From Eledone cirrhosa (taxonomy: Eukaryota): a DNA stretch of 64,000 nucleotides. Below the pieces are notes generated by a model. The model was not told the origin of the DNA and did no database searches. It worked only from the letters and a program-made list of their open reading frames with translations. Shown here piece by piece: positions 51,272 to 64,000 of this stretch (positions within the stretch are counted from its first letter, which is position 1; each line of letters begins with the position of its first letter). The position numbers were made by a program, and so were the translations under genes. Location: assembly GCA_964016885.1 (NCBI GenBank), contig OZ024745.1, positions 104,532,001 through 104,596,000 of the forward strand, written 5' to 3'.

Positions 51272-54258
51272 TTAAACAATATTTTATAAACTATAGGAAA
51301 GGTTACAAAATCTGAAATGTGTGTTTGATGAGATAATATTCTATGAACTTCAGTAACTATCAAAGAAATACAGACTTTAGTGTAAGTAGAGCTGCTGCTT
51401 TCCAAACAAAAGTAGATTGCTTCATCAGTAAGTCACTGAGTTGTATAACCAGGTTTCTAGAAAAGATTCTACCACAATAATCTTTCATTTTTGACAATGA
51501 AGACAAATTAGTATATAGTTATTGGCAAGAAGACCAGACTAGGGGTGGTGCCACATGAGTCAGTTGACACAGACCTATGGTTTTGAGATGGCTTACATTT
51601 TTTTTTTATTTTGATCTGTTACTTCTAAGTACATCATGTACAATACATGTGCATACCCATAATCCATACATAAATCATGCATATTTAGCACTGATTATGA
51701 CAATCACTTAAAGAACAGTTTCAAATGGAGTATATATTTCACACCTGGCCTGAGCCTATAACCAGCTTTATGGGCTTACATTTTACATATGACCTGAGAC
51801 TATTACCAACTTTGCACAGGCCTGTTGATAGGTGTCCTTGGTCGAAAACAGTATCCCTCAATGTTGACGCAAACACATTTATCCTGAGGTGGTGCACCAT
51901 TCCCAAACTAAGGATTGTGTAAAGGGGTGTGCAAAATGCTGTAAGAAACTTAGATTTAAAAAAAAAAACCATTAAGTCATGGCAAACATGAGACACAAAA
52001 TTAAAATAACATTAGTATTCATATCATTTATACTTTCAGATAATAATAAAATATGTTTGCTTTATATCAACTCTTTTTGTGCCATTGACACACCCCAAAA
52101 AATATAAGTAATCTTAATTCCAAAGCTACTATTTTAAGAGTGTGTATATGAAATGGTGGTGGTGGCAAAGAGACCGACTTTCCATTGTTACAAAAACAGC
52201 AGCATAATATAGTAACTAACGTGTTAAAATCAAAGTAATTTGATAGTAGAAACTATTTTTTGGTGATTAAGAGAATATCAAAGTGCCAAAAAATATCAAA
52301 TATGAATACCAAGGTATTTTCAGCATGCCAACAACTAGTAGCTATTGATTTTTAATATTGACACAAGGCCACAAAGTTTGGAAGAAGGCACAATCGATTA
52401 ATATTTTTTTCAAGTTCCCCTCCAGCAAACACTTTTGTTTAGGGAAGAGTAAAGTTGCTTCTATAAATTTCTCATCTCAAATGTTTTGTTTGAAAGGCAA
52501 ACTTTCAAAAATGTGATATTGTAATAGCAGTGGGACTTGGGATTTAAAGTCAGAAAGAGTGCAGATGAAAGGAATAAATTAGGTGGAAGTTGCTGGATGT
52601 GCTGTATGATGTTACAGAAGGTTGCTCTGGTATGGATATTTAATGCAAAATGAACAACACTTTTTAGCTGAAAAATAATATGAATAGGCAGTAAATAATA
52701 AGGAAAGAGAAGATGAAGACTGAACTTAGATGAAATATTGTGAAGAAACTATAGAAGAGCAAGTCACTCAGATGTGATGATACTAGACTTAATGGTAAGG
52801 AGATATACCCGTTCTGTCCACTACATGCCATAATTGTAAAGAAAATACTGACCATGATAAAGGGAATGAGAATACAATCAAGTGAGTAGTTACTCCTTAA
52901 GTCTGACTTCGATAAAATAAATTTACAGTGATGATACTTTAATGACTTCAAGTATACTAAATTCTGTTTGTTGTATTTATAGTTGTTGTTGTTTAATCCC
53001 AGACAAACCATGCTCAAACTGATATACAATCAAACCCATTCCATCTTTTAATATAACCTTGCATATATTCTCCAATTACTCTTCCTTTTTCTGATAATCA
53101 TGTGTAATTTAGCTGATAAAATAATTATTGGACCAATATGATCGATTAAATCTCTTGAAAACAGTGCCCCAGCATAGCCACACTCTAAAGATTAAAAACA
53201 GTAAAAGAATATATACAAGGGATTATTTTTGAGTGTTAAACAATAAATAGAATACCCAATACCTGCAGCAAAGTATACATATTAATTCACATGCTAGGAA
53301 CAATGTTCTATAGCTTCATTACTCAAGTTGCAAGCTAATGAAGTTGGAGTTCCATATGAGATTAATTGGCAGGAAATTCAATTAATGAAGCAGCATCATT
53401 TTAAACTTGTTCGTCACCATCCACCAATTCCCTTCTCTCTCACACACACACAATGAATTTATTGTCAGTTAAATCTGTGACAAGATATAATGATAGGCCT
53501 AATACAAACACTGGTTTATAAGTGCCTTTAGTAGAGTTCACTCTGTTGCAAGCATTTAAAGCCCATTTTTTCCTGCAGACATTAAGCTGTAGATGTTCAA
53601 AAGCTGTCCATCAATCTCCCTAGTCTGTAAGGGCCTCTAAAGTTGATGGACACCACTTCTCCTTTCCAACCCGACTAACTGATATACATTTTGAAAAAAA
53701 GAAGTAATTTTTACATTTAAAATGAAGAGAAAAGTACAAATATAAAAGGTACAGCACGCGATTGAAAATAAAAAATTGCGAGAATATATTTATTCTTTGT
53801 CATTTTCATCATTTATATGTTCAAGATTTTGTTTAGACTGTAGACATCATGTATACGGAAGCGTATCTAGGGTATGGGAAGCATGGCACTTGCCATAGGT
53901 GCCACTTGAAAGGGTCACTACCTGGACTAGGAGCACTTTCTATTAAAGTCAGATAAGCTATCGTCAGAGAATGAAAAAAGAAACTTCTTCAGATGTATGA
54001 TCTATCTTTGATTATCATGGGCGAGAAACACTATGGTGGCTGGATCACTCACTTTAAATACACTAATACTTTTGCCAATGCTTTAAGTGTAAAGGATAGC
54101 TGTAGAACAAATGAAAATGCAGTTTAATACCCTAAACCCTCATTTATATAAACTGTCAATCCAATTGTCTAACAACTACTATATAGCTTGCTGCATGGGC
54201 GGGGGCGCAATTTCAAATGTTTACCACAGAAGCTATTTTCCTTTGTTATATCTCTGTA

Positions 54259-54308
<50 letters not shown>

Positions 54309-54434
54309 AATCCATTTTCAAATATGAAAACAAATAATTGTAGGTGAAGAAGTTATAAAGCTAAAAAATATGAGATTTATTACAATAAACTGTACATAAG
54401 GCTACATACAATTTTATAGAAACGTATGAAAACC

Positions 54435-54640
54435 TAATGGGTTAGAAGGGTTGTGCCATTAGAGGCAAGTCTGGTGACCGTGTCTGGCTCATATAGAACC
54501 GTTTCTAGCTAGGTTTCTATGGCTGGATGCCCTTCCTAGTACCAACCACATTTACAGTGTGTACTTGATGCCTTTTGTCATGACTCGTACATGACCACTT
54601 TACAGTGTAGGCTGGGTGCTTTTTGTCGAAACACCTACAT
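54435..54640 (-). mobile_element. RTE-tailed short element fragment
   Basis: GGCTGGATGCCCTTCCTA..ACCAACCAC plus 48-bp units. Confidence 0.7.
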
Positions 54641-54654
54641 ATATACATATATAA

Positions 54655-54910
54655 TGTAGAAGGTGAGTAATATTGTAGAACAATAAAACTATGCATATAA
54701 CAGATAAGTAGCACTCAACAGTTGGTAGAACTGGAGTATATATAATAAAGAAGAAATTAAAAGATGGTTAAAAGAGTTCCATATATTTTATTATGCGCAT
54801 TTCGAACACAAAATCATCCTGGGACAAAAATTGTGTTCTCATCAGATAAAATAAGGTAACATGATATGAGGCATAATAGCACTTGTTTACAGGAAAGTGC
54901 TAAGTCTACA
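54655..54910 (-). mobile_element. PLE-like hammerhead element, single arm
   Basis: Colinear with 11783-11997. Confidence 0.8.
54784..54852 (-). ncRNA. Type I hammerhead ribozyme
   Basis: UAUUUUAU-CUGAUGA-[GAACACAA...UUGUGUUC]-GAAA-UGCGCA-UA-AUAAAAUA, with the canonical G-C closing pair of stem II. Confidence 0.85.
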
Positions 54911-55188
54911 TATGACAGAAATATAAGTTATTTATTCTATTATATTTATACAATAATTTGAGTATTTAGTTCATATAGTGAAATGGTTTTGAATTTTTGT
55001 AAAATTCCACACACCCTGCACTTCATTATCAGAGTATTAAGCTATTTTTATTAATAACATATAACTATTGTGAATTTACAAATGGAAATTATCTTTTATT
55101 TAATCTCTTTGCAAATTAATAATTACTTTTAATCTCATTTCGTTATTCTGCATAAGCACCATGAAATTTGAAAAAAGTTAAGAATACA

Positions 55189-55440
55189 ATTATTTTATAT
55201 ATGTAATATTACCTATCATATGATGGTGTGTAATTATTTTATATATGTAATATTACCTATCATATGATGGTGTGTAATTATTTTATATATGTAATATTAC
55301 CTATCATATGATGGTGTGTAATTATTTTATATATGTAATATTACCTATCATATGATGGTGTGTAATTATTTTATATATGTAATATTACCTATCATATGAT
55401 GGTGTGTAATTATTTTATATATGTAATATTACCTATCATA
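55189..55440. repeat. Perfect 44-bp minisatellite, ~5.7 copies
   Basis: Unit ATTATTTTATATATGTAATATTACCTATCATATGATGGTGTGTA. Confidence 0.95.
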
Positions 55441-55819
55441 GTATGTGTGTGTGAAAATATATATTATCATCATTTAATGTCTGCTTTCTCTGCTAGCAAA
55501 AGTTGGACAGGTCTACATAGATCAGGGGCCAGTATTCAGATGAGAAGTGTCTTTGGACACAAACTGAAGGGTCCTCTTAACCCCTTGTTTGGCAAACTTT
55601 CTATAGCTGGATGCCCTTCCTAACACCAACCACTTTACAGAAAGTACTAGGTGCTTTTATTGTGTAGATCACCAGAACTAGGGAGGCTGTTATGTCTTTG
55701 ACACAACTGAAGAGTCCTCTCAATCCTTTCAGGCATGGTTTCTACAGCAGGGAGCCCTTCCTGTCACCAACCATCTTTACGGAGTGTGTGGGGATGTGGT
55801 CAATATGGGAGGAGGGGTA

Positions 55820-55999
55820 CAAGGGTTGGCTGAAAAGTTCATAGGCTGATTAAGATACTCTCAGGAATGACCAAATGGTGTTTATTTTTCAACATAATCC
55901 CTGGAAAGAAACAATGCAGTTATTAATAAGAAGAGTTGAAATTAATGCACGATTTCAAAACACTAGCATCATTCCTATTAACTTTTCAGCTTATCTTCG
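55820..55999. mobile_element. Mariner-derived MITE
   Basis: TA|CAAGGGTTGGCTGAAAAGTT...AACTTTTCAGCTTATCTTCG|TA. Homologue of 24713. Confidence 0.7.
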
Positions 56000-58900
56000 T
56001 ACTTGTATCTATATATAAATTTCTGCGATTGTCACAACACATAAAGAGAGAGGAGTAGTTTGACTACCTCATACTACTACTCCTTCTTTACGTCTGCTGC
56101 CTGCATGAATGTGTGTGTGTGTGTGTGTGTGTAAAAGGAAGGAAGGGGATGGTGAAAATAACTGCGCTGGGTGTATGCATGTGTTTGTGTAAATGTGTGT
56201 GTGTTTGTGTGAATGTATGTCTGTGAGCGTGTATTTTTGTAAGTGTGTCTGTTTGCACATTTATATTTATATACTCACACATATAAATGTACGCATATGC
56301 ACATACACGCACATATACATGTACGCGTCAGCGTATCAAAAAAAATACTAGTATCTATAATTTGTGACTAACTTTGTTGCTCTATGCTTGCAAATCTGGA
56401 TAGTGTTAGCTGCCAGTTAACACATTCTGATTGACACTTTCTATACCTACTCTCTCAAACAGTTTCTGGAAATATGTTACATGCAGCCTACTGCTATTAA
56501 CAATATTAAAGGAGAAACTACTGCTACTAAACACATTATAAAAGGAGAAACAACTACATTGGTATGGCAACACATCTTGGTAGACTCAAGCAGAATGTCT
56601 TACTTTAATCATCTGCTATCTCCTGTGTAAAACATCATACATCATCTGCTAAATCACAGATGAGAAATGGTGGAATATCTGAAATCCTTAACATACCCAT
56701 GATATGGGTTTATTTATGCCCATGGTCGTATTCTTCATTAGCTCTAAAGAAACACACACACACACATATCTATATATGATTATATAGGTGGTGATGTACT
56801 GAATGATGTATGCAAAACATTCTTAATTTGTCTTTTAGTTGGAGAAAGAAAACAAAATCTTAGGAGCAATTGTTAGCAACTGTCAAAGAAAGATTAGATA
56901 AGACATTAGATATTAATTTCACAAAAAGAAAAGAAAAATTCCAGGATTACAGATGGGGGTGGGCTGGATTCTTGTTTGTTAGCAAGCAAGGTGGCAGCTA
57001 CAGGTATGTTTTAATTTTATTAGACCTATTTGTAAGTATGCTCTACCAGAAGACATAGTTTTGTAAGTAGAAAAACAGTTACAAACAGTTTTGGCCAGTA
57101 AGGTTTTGTGTAATTAGAAAAGGTTAACTCATGGAAATATGTCATGTGAACAAATGACATGAGTATATGTCATCATCATCATTTTATGTCCCCTTTTCCA
57201 TGTCTTGGACAATAGCCATCTTGTCACTCATCAGTTTTTCATAATCTAATAAGAGATAACAGCAAAGGAAATTGCCAATCTTTGCTGTTGTATATGCCAT
57301 ACATCTTGTATATGCCATACATCATTGACATGGTTTTTACAAATTGATGCTATTCTTACTGCCAACCTCTTTACTAACATGGATGGATTGAGTGACTTTT
57401 ATCTTGCTATTGGCACAGAAGAGGCTGTTTGCTTGGACTAGAAAGTACTTCTCTCTCATACACCTACATATGAAGACCTCTATATAGAATACAAATACTT
57501 AATATTAAAATAGTGCTTTTATTCACATTCATTTTTAGACTGAGAAACAACCTATTGACATTTATTCATCTACTCGTTCCTACATATATATATAAACACA
57601 CACACACACACACACATTATGTTTAAAAGTCACTGAAGACATTGCTTTCAGCAAATAAAAGAAGGAATACAAAGAGTAAATAAGCAACAACAGGGTGTAG
57701 TATGGAAACAGGTGATATTCTATAGGAAATTACATTATCCTACAACTAAGCATTTCGAAACAGTATTTCTGGCAGCAAGTGGCACAAACGGATGCAGGTT
57801 TACCTGCATCTGTGAAGAGCACACAAAAATACAGATTGATTTAGTATGCTAATATGACACAACTATTTTTAAAATCTGTAAAATAATCTTTAAAAATCAG
57901 AGAGAGAGAGATGTGTATGCTTAAATTTATTGTATTTCAACTGAATGTGGGTGTGCATATATGTATATTTGAGTATGTGTCTGCTTGTAAGATTTAATGT
58001 GAAGTTCAATAGTGAAAGCAGTAAATTTCATAAATAGATCTCTTGAAACAGGCATCAAATGTGTTCTTCATATTGATTAGCTTATTGTCAGTGCTGTCTT
58101 GCAATTTTCCAATAAAATCTGCCAGGCTGGCAACAAGACAACCTATAACAAGGTAAACAATTATATATTTGGCAGGATGTAGAATGTTCACAAATTTTGT
58201 GCCTTATATTAGCTTCAGCAGTTACTCTGAACAAGTTATGTGGTCCAGAATTTCAAAGTGTTTATGTTTCATCATATTGATAAAAGAGATGTGTATGAAG
58301 GGAAAATTTATAGTTGTTTGGAAATGAGTTCTTCAGATCAGATTAACTTTAAGAGTTACTTGGAGAGAAAAATAGCATTACAAGAAATGATAAAGAGGAA
58401 AGGACAAGAAGAATTACTGTTTTCTATTGGCATGTTTCAGACAAATTTATAGTAAACCTATGCCCTGTAATGAGCTGTGTGTTAGTGCAATCAAATTAGT
58501 TTGGATCAGAAAAGAAGAATAACCATGGAGACTCTTTAGTCTCTGAGAGGTTGTATTAATCATAGTAAAGACAGAAATGTCAGTTTTGTGTCTGAGCAGA
58601 CTATATTTATTCAGTAAAAGGTGATGCTAAAAGATTTTACTGTTATATATCTATTTTTACCATTTTAGCCTAAGTAATGGTCGTTTTAACCAGCCTGGAC
58701 CAACCATTACATATTGATGGAGTAATTACTTTTAAACTGAACATTCTTCTCTACAGCTAAAACTACTTGAACATAAACTAGGAGTTGAATCAGCTTGCCA
58801 TTAAGATAAACTGAAACAAGCCGCCAGTCAGTTCATCTTGCATATGTTTACACATCAGGTGACAGTTCTCCTTTTGTGTTTTTGATTGGTTGTATATTGT

Positions 58901-61900
58901 ATGATACATAGTTTCTGTTGACAGCCTTCATGACCTCCTGAAACATTCAACACTATGTGACAAATGATATTCCCATCTTTCTGTTGGTGACTATCTCAAT
59001 ACTGTATTTGATGATCTGGCTGCCAAATGATGTGATTAGCCAGTCATAGTCTTTGTTCTGCAACCATGTCAAAGAATCTTTGTAACAATGAGACACAATA
59101 ATAATTAATGGCTGTAGCAGTAATGTTTGAAATCATGATAATGTATATATTACTGTTATTGTCCTTTATATAAGATTTTAAAATATATGTTAAAAACAAA
59201 TTACTAAAACTAAAATGTTGAAAATAAATGTGAAAAATAAAATAGGTTAACAGTGTCTTTGATAACTTTCATTTAATAGCAGTTAAACTTGAAATCTTTC
59301 TCTGAACTGCTTTAATTCTGAAGATGATGTTTTTAATTCATGATTAATTTACAAAATTGGTTACTTATAAAGAAAAGATGTCATACATCTCCTTGCTATG
59401 TAACATATAATCAGTCAGCTTAGAAGCATTTCAAATTCTGCCTTATAGTCTTTAGTTGAAAGGATGAAAAGAGTTCAGCTTTGATTAATGTAGAAAGGAA
59501 AGTAAAATAAATAAATAAATAAATAAGAAGGCAAAAGATACCATTAAAAATTTTAAAAGTTATTCAATCTACCCAAAAGATGTCAAATCAGAAGAATCTA
59601 GTGACGTCAGATTTAATGATGTTACTTGATTCTATATTTAACCCTTTCATTATCATCCCACACATCAAACTTAACAGTGTACGCAAACTGATACATCTTC
59701 AAATCTTGATTGAGCTAACCAACATGGCTGTGTGTTTAAGAAGTCTGTCATATGATTTCAGGTTCAGTCCAACAGCAGGACATCTTGTTCAAAATTATTC
59801 TATTATAGCTTCAGGTTGACTAGCGAGTGAAATTAGGCAAATGGAGGCTATGAAATTCTGTCATATATACATATGTGTTGATTGTTGACTTACCATACTA
59901 CAAAAAACCTGCCCACCAGTCCCAGTTGAGGCATGTGGAGAGAGTTTCGAGACATGAAGTTGAGAGGTTCATCTTCATCTACTGTAGATGAGACAACCCG
60001 CCACAATGTAACACACTCAGCACTCCACTGAAAAGCAGTAATGAACAAACCAAAGACTTGAAAACCTCTCTAGTGTCAGTGCTATGATAAAATGCACCCA
60101 GTAGACAATCAAGTGGTAGCATTAGTACCATGATAAAATTCACCCAATATACCTTGAAAAGTGGTTGGCATTAAGAAGGACAACAAACCATAAAAATCAA
60201 ACCAAAATATGAAGCATATGAGCAAGATATGGTTCTCTGGCTGTGTCAACCTCACCAACACATGCAAGCGTGGAAAACTGATGATGGTGATGCGTGTGCA
60301 TGCGTCCTTACATCTGTATTAATGTTGCTGTTTGTTTATAAGTCCCATAACTTAAGAGTTTGACAAATAAAGATTGATAAAATAAGCACCAGAGCTGATA
60401 TGGCAGAGGCCCAGCATGGTTTTAGTCCAATAACAAAAGCCTGCCAAAGAATAAAATATCTAGGTTGTTTTCTACCACTATTTCTACCAATAAAGAAAAA
60501 GAAAGGATCTGATTGACAGAGTAGACCAAGGAAACAATGTTTCCATTGGTCTTTCCATTGTAGATACTATCTGCTTGTCACAACTCCTTTCAGATGGAGG
60601 CAGGATATGAACTGAAAACAGAGCCAGATTAGATGCTACAAAAATATTTTGTCCAACACTTTAGCAATTCTGCAAAATTTTCCACTCCAAGGTTGGTATT
60701 TTATTTATTGACTACGAAAAATGAACAGCAATGTTGACTTCAACAGAATTTGAACTCAGAGTGCAATATGTTGGAACAAATACCAAGGCATTCAGTCTGA
60801 CATCCTAATGACTTTACCAGCTGACCAGTGCCTTGTGAAAAAGTATTGAATGAATTCAATAAATATCATAAAAATGAAAGTAAAAATATATAATTAGAGC
60901 CATTTCTCCAGTACAGGGATTTAAAACTGAACCAGTGAAATGTTTTAGTTGGTATCTACTATTCAAAATCTATTTCTATTCAGACTATCAACAAAAAGTA
61001 GAATTTGTTTAAGATGGTCTCTCACTTATTATTCAAAGGATAACTATGTGAAATTAAAAACAGAATGCTACCAAGAAAAATATAATGACATTTGACATTT
61101 GAGCTGCCTTCTGATGGTGTAGCACACTTATCTTACATTATAGATATCAAAAGATAAAAGCTTAAATAAAACATTTGAAAGCTACCTTTAAAACAAGACA
61201 ATTAAATGAGACTAAAAGGAAAATATGACAAACCTATTCAATAATGGTTAACATAAAAACTCATACATTTAATTCTATTTCTCTTTGATTATCCAGTAGT
61301 ATATTGTGATATAACACAAACACTCATATAGATACATATATATAGAGAGAGAGTGTGTCTGAGGTGCTTAGACCGAGGAGATCACTAATCATGGGAGTAC
61401 TTGATGTATGGGGAGATGCAGAGTGGGTATAGAGATATGTAAAATCCAGACTGATTGGTGCCGCGGTCGGGATTTTACAAATATTTATATACATCTATAT
61501 TTATATATAACAAAAAATATCTCCTTAGAAACAAACCAGGTTAATGTTAAGCAACAAAATGTCAGGTGTACCATTAAGGAAGATATGCCACATTAAATAA
61601 AGAAAATGTGCTTTAAGGTTTTCATACATTTCATAAAGTATGACTAAAAGCTGTATCTAAATGGGTGGTGGTGGTGGGCGAGAACTGTTCAAAAGAAAAT
61701 CAGAAATCTAAAAAAATGAAAAGGTAAAAATAATGATCTCAATCATAGATACACAGCCACTAAACTTGTTTAGATTATGAACATATGATTACACCAACCT
61801 CAGTTCTTAACTAGTACTTATTTTCTTACCTCCAAAAGAATGAAAGACAAAGTCGACCTTGAACAGATTTGAACTCAGAAATATAAAGTGACTTTACAAA

Positions 61901-61964
61901 ATATCACAAAGCATTTTGTCTGCTTCTGCCAAATCTACTACCCTGGAAGTAACAAGGGATAATA

Positions 61965-62180
61965 GCGTTGGCAGGATCAGTAAGAGCTACTGACAATATG
62001 CCTTGTAGTATTTATTTACAGTTCAATAAGTTCTGATTTCAAATACCACAAAGGAAGTCTTTTCCTTTCACCCTTCTGGGGGTCAATAAAGTAAAGTATC
62101 TTTTAAGTACTGGAGGCAGATTTTATGAACTGAACCCTTCCTCAAAATGTGTGGCCTTATGCCAATATTAAAAAACAATA
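61965..62180 (+). mobile_element. Old diverged SINE copy (similar relics at ~25640, 28905, 36137, 60690, 61810)
   Basis: TTGGCAGGATCAGTA...TTCAAATACC...CCTTTCACCCTTCTGGGGTCAATAAAG. Confidence 0.6.
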
Positions 62181-63573
62181 GTGAACATTTCTCACTTTGT
62201 TACAAGACCACAAATATTTGAACAGTGGTGCAGCTGATTAAATCAAATCTATATATCATGGTTAGTACTTACATATTATTTGGCCCAGTACTTTACTGTT
62301 TCAGCCATTCCACTGTCTTAAATGGATAAAAATGAATAACTAATAAAGGAGTTTTAATGTGGTCACTTAATCTAATGCCTCTAAGTGTGCGCCGATACAA
62401 AGTTGCTGTAATGGTGCCGTACTCATCAAAATGTTAAAGTTCAGTAGCTTTGAAATGTTCTGCTCAGGGATTGGCAAAAATTAGAGAGTACAATCATTTA
62501 ATTTTTTTATTTAAAATGATTAAAAGTGAATTCAAATCACTGAAAAACATATTAAAAAAATGTTATATCTTTTGTTTAGTTATCAGAAGTATGATGTGTT
62601 AGTCAGTCTGCTACTAGTGATTTTAACACAAAAATGACTAACATGTATAAGGATTTGAATGTATAGCAAAATCAGTTGTGTCTTTATTCATTCAATGATT
62701 TTGTTCCAAATAATCGAGTTTGTTGCTGATAGCATATCTGTGATGAGGTGAACACCACTAACAGTCAAACACAAAGACAGAACTTTTCAGTATTTAGAAC
62801 ATGGTGAAAAGGCATAAACGATTCCATAAGAGTAAAACATTTTATCAAGTGAACAATGTGAAAACCTCTGCAAACAGGTTTTTCTTTTAATCATATCCAG
62901 TGTGGCTCCTTTGGTTTGCAAACAAATAATTTGGGTCAAACTGTACAAATGAGTTGATTGATTTAAGAAACAAAAAAAATATATTATTCTACAGATATAG
63001 ACTGTATATGAAAAAAAAAACAGCAAGGTTTCTTCACAGCAAAACTATGCTTATATACATATAATAAATGACATCATAATTAAACTTGATCATCATCATT
63101 TTACATCTGGTTTCTGTGCTAGCATAGATTGTCACTGGCTGGATCATTATGGTCCAAGTCAGTTCTTAATTAGAGTTACTGCTCCCTCAAATAGGTCGCA
63201 GGGCAACATCTCTCTCATACATTCTACTTTTGGCATGGTTTCTATGGTTGAATGTCCTAAACACCCATCATTTTACAAAGTGTACTGGATGTATTTTATT
63301 GTGGCACCAACACTAGAGGCTGTCATATCTTCAGCCTGACGAAAGGGTCCACTTGGCTCTATAATGGCACTTTTAATCAAAGTAGCACCACTTTACTTTA
63401 TTACAGAATGTTTACAAAAATGTCAACACGTCAAGGAGAGAACAGAAAACTTCCCATACAGAGCCTGATGAAAATCTAAGGATACTCGAAAATTGCGATA
63501 ATTAACTTATTGAAATAAAGTTATTGATCAAGTAATCTCATTAACTTAAGTTTTAACTGAAAACAATCTACAC

Positions 63574-63845
63574 ATCATCATCACCGTTTTACGCCCGTTC
63601 TTCCATGCTAGCATGGGTTAGGCGGGTTGTCCTGTTATGAGCAGTGTCCGGTCGGCTGACCATGCCTTGCTCATACGGGAACTGATTCTGGCTTGATTTC
63701 TACAGCTGAATGCCCTTCCTAACACCAACCTCATTTACAGTGAGTGCTGGGTGCTATTTTCCGTGGCGCCTACATGTCCATTTTACAGTGTGGGCTGGGT
63801 GCTTTTTTGCCGTGGCACCTCCACAACCACTTTGCAGTGGGAGGG
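63574..63845 (-). mobile_element. RTE-tailed short element with 48-bp units
   Basis: CATCATCATCACCGTTTTACGCCCGTTCTTCCATGCTAGCATGGG...GCCCTTCCTAACACCAACC. Confidence 0.8.
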
Positions 63846-64000
63846 TGTGGGGGCATATTGTCTATATGCTTCAGCTTTGGCTTGTACCCGTGGGGGGGGG
63901 GGGGGTCGGGTCTTCTGTATTACTGCGTGACGCCAGCAAAACTAAATATGTTTGTCTATATACAGATTATTTCATATGCTGTTTAGTATAATGTATAATC

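Noticed and set aside
50820-53650. Two similar ~150-bp segments (50820-50970, 53505-53650) as duplicated exons
   Set aside because: Both have stops. They read like decayed LINE ORF2 3' ends (HVFPE..DL.KF), so they are more likely old repeat fragments.
48705-55440. Tandem arrays (40-bp, 44-bp; also the 48-bp arrays) as CRISPR-like
   Set aside because: Head-to-tail units without unique spacers, in eukaryotic context, with no cas genes.
56050-56090. TGAGGTAGT (let-7-like seed) in a hairpin on the minus strand
   Set aside because: The rest does not match let-7, and the hairpin is too short and irregular for a pre-miRNA.
63460-63520. CTGATGA...GAAA hammerhead-like core
   Set aside because: Stem II is poorly paired and there is no convincing stem I or stem III. 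At most a decayed relic.

Overview
AT-rich animal genomic DNA with no recognisable host protein-coding exon. The SINE/RTE repertoire and very long (TA)/(TACA) microsatellites resemble octopus/coleoid cephalopod DNA; this is an inference. The first ~25 kb is a pile-up of transposable elements sitting in expanded TA-rich microsatellites: an inverted pair of an unclassified ~1.1 kb repeat, a Tx1/L1-clade fragment, a young CR1-group RT, a near full-length RTE with a PHD-like finger inside its RT, two non-autonomous RTE derivatives, a Neptune-type Penelope-like element (PLE) and a near-intact DD34D mariner. The remainder is older repeat debris (SINEs, piggyBac/hAT/mariner MITEs, a Charlie-type hAT). 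The most interesting signal is a set of short non-coding elements, most of them fold-backs and most embedded in (TA)n. Four carry complete type I hammerhead ribozyme folds with covarying stem II and three carry a hammerhead 3' half. They share a long-arm/short-arm inverted architecture and a conserved ACTC..GAGTRCT motif just beyond the point where the short arm stops, consistent with a non-autonomous PLE/retrozyme-like system. Coordinates of degenerate repeats are approximate, and all folds and alignments were done by eye.
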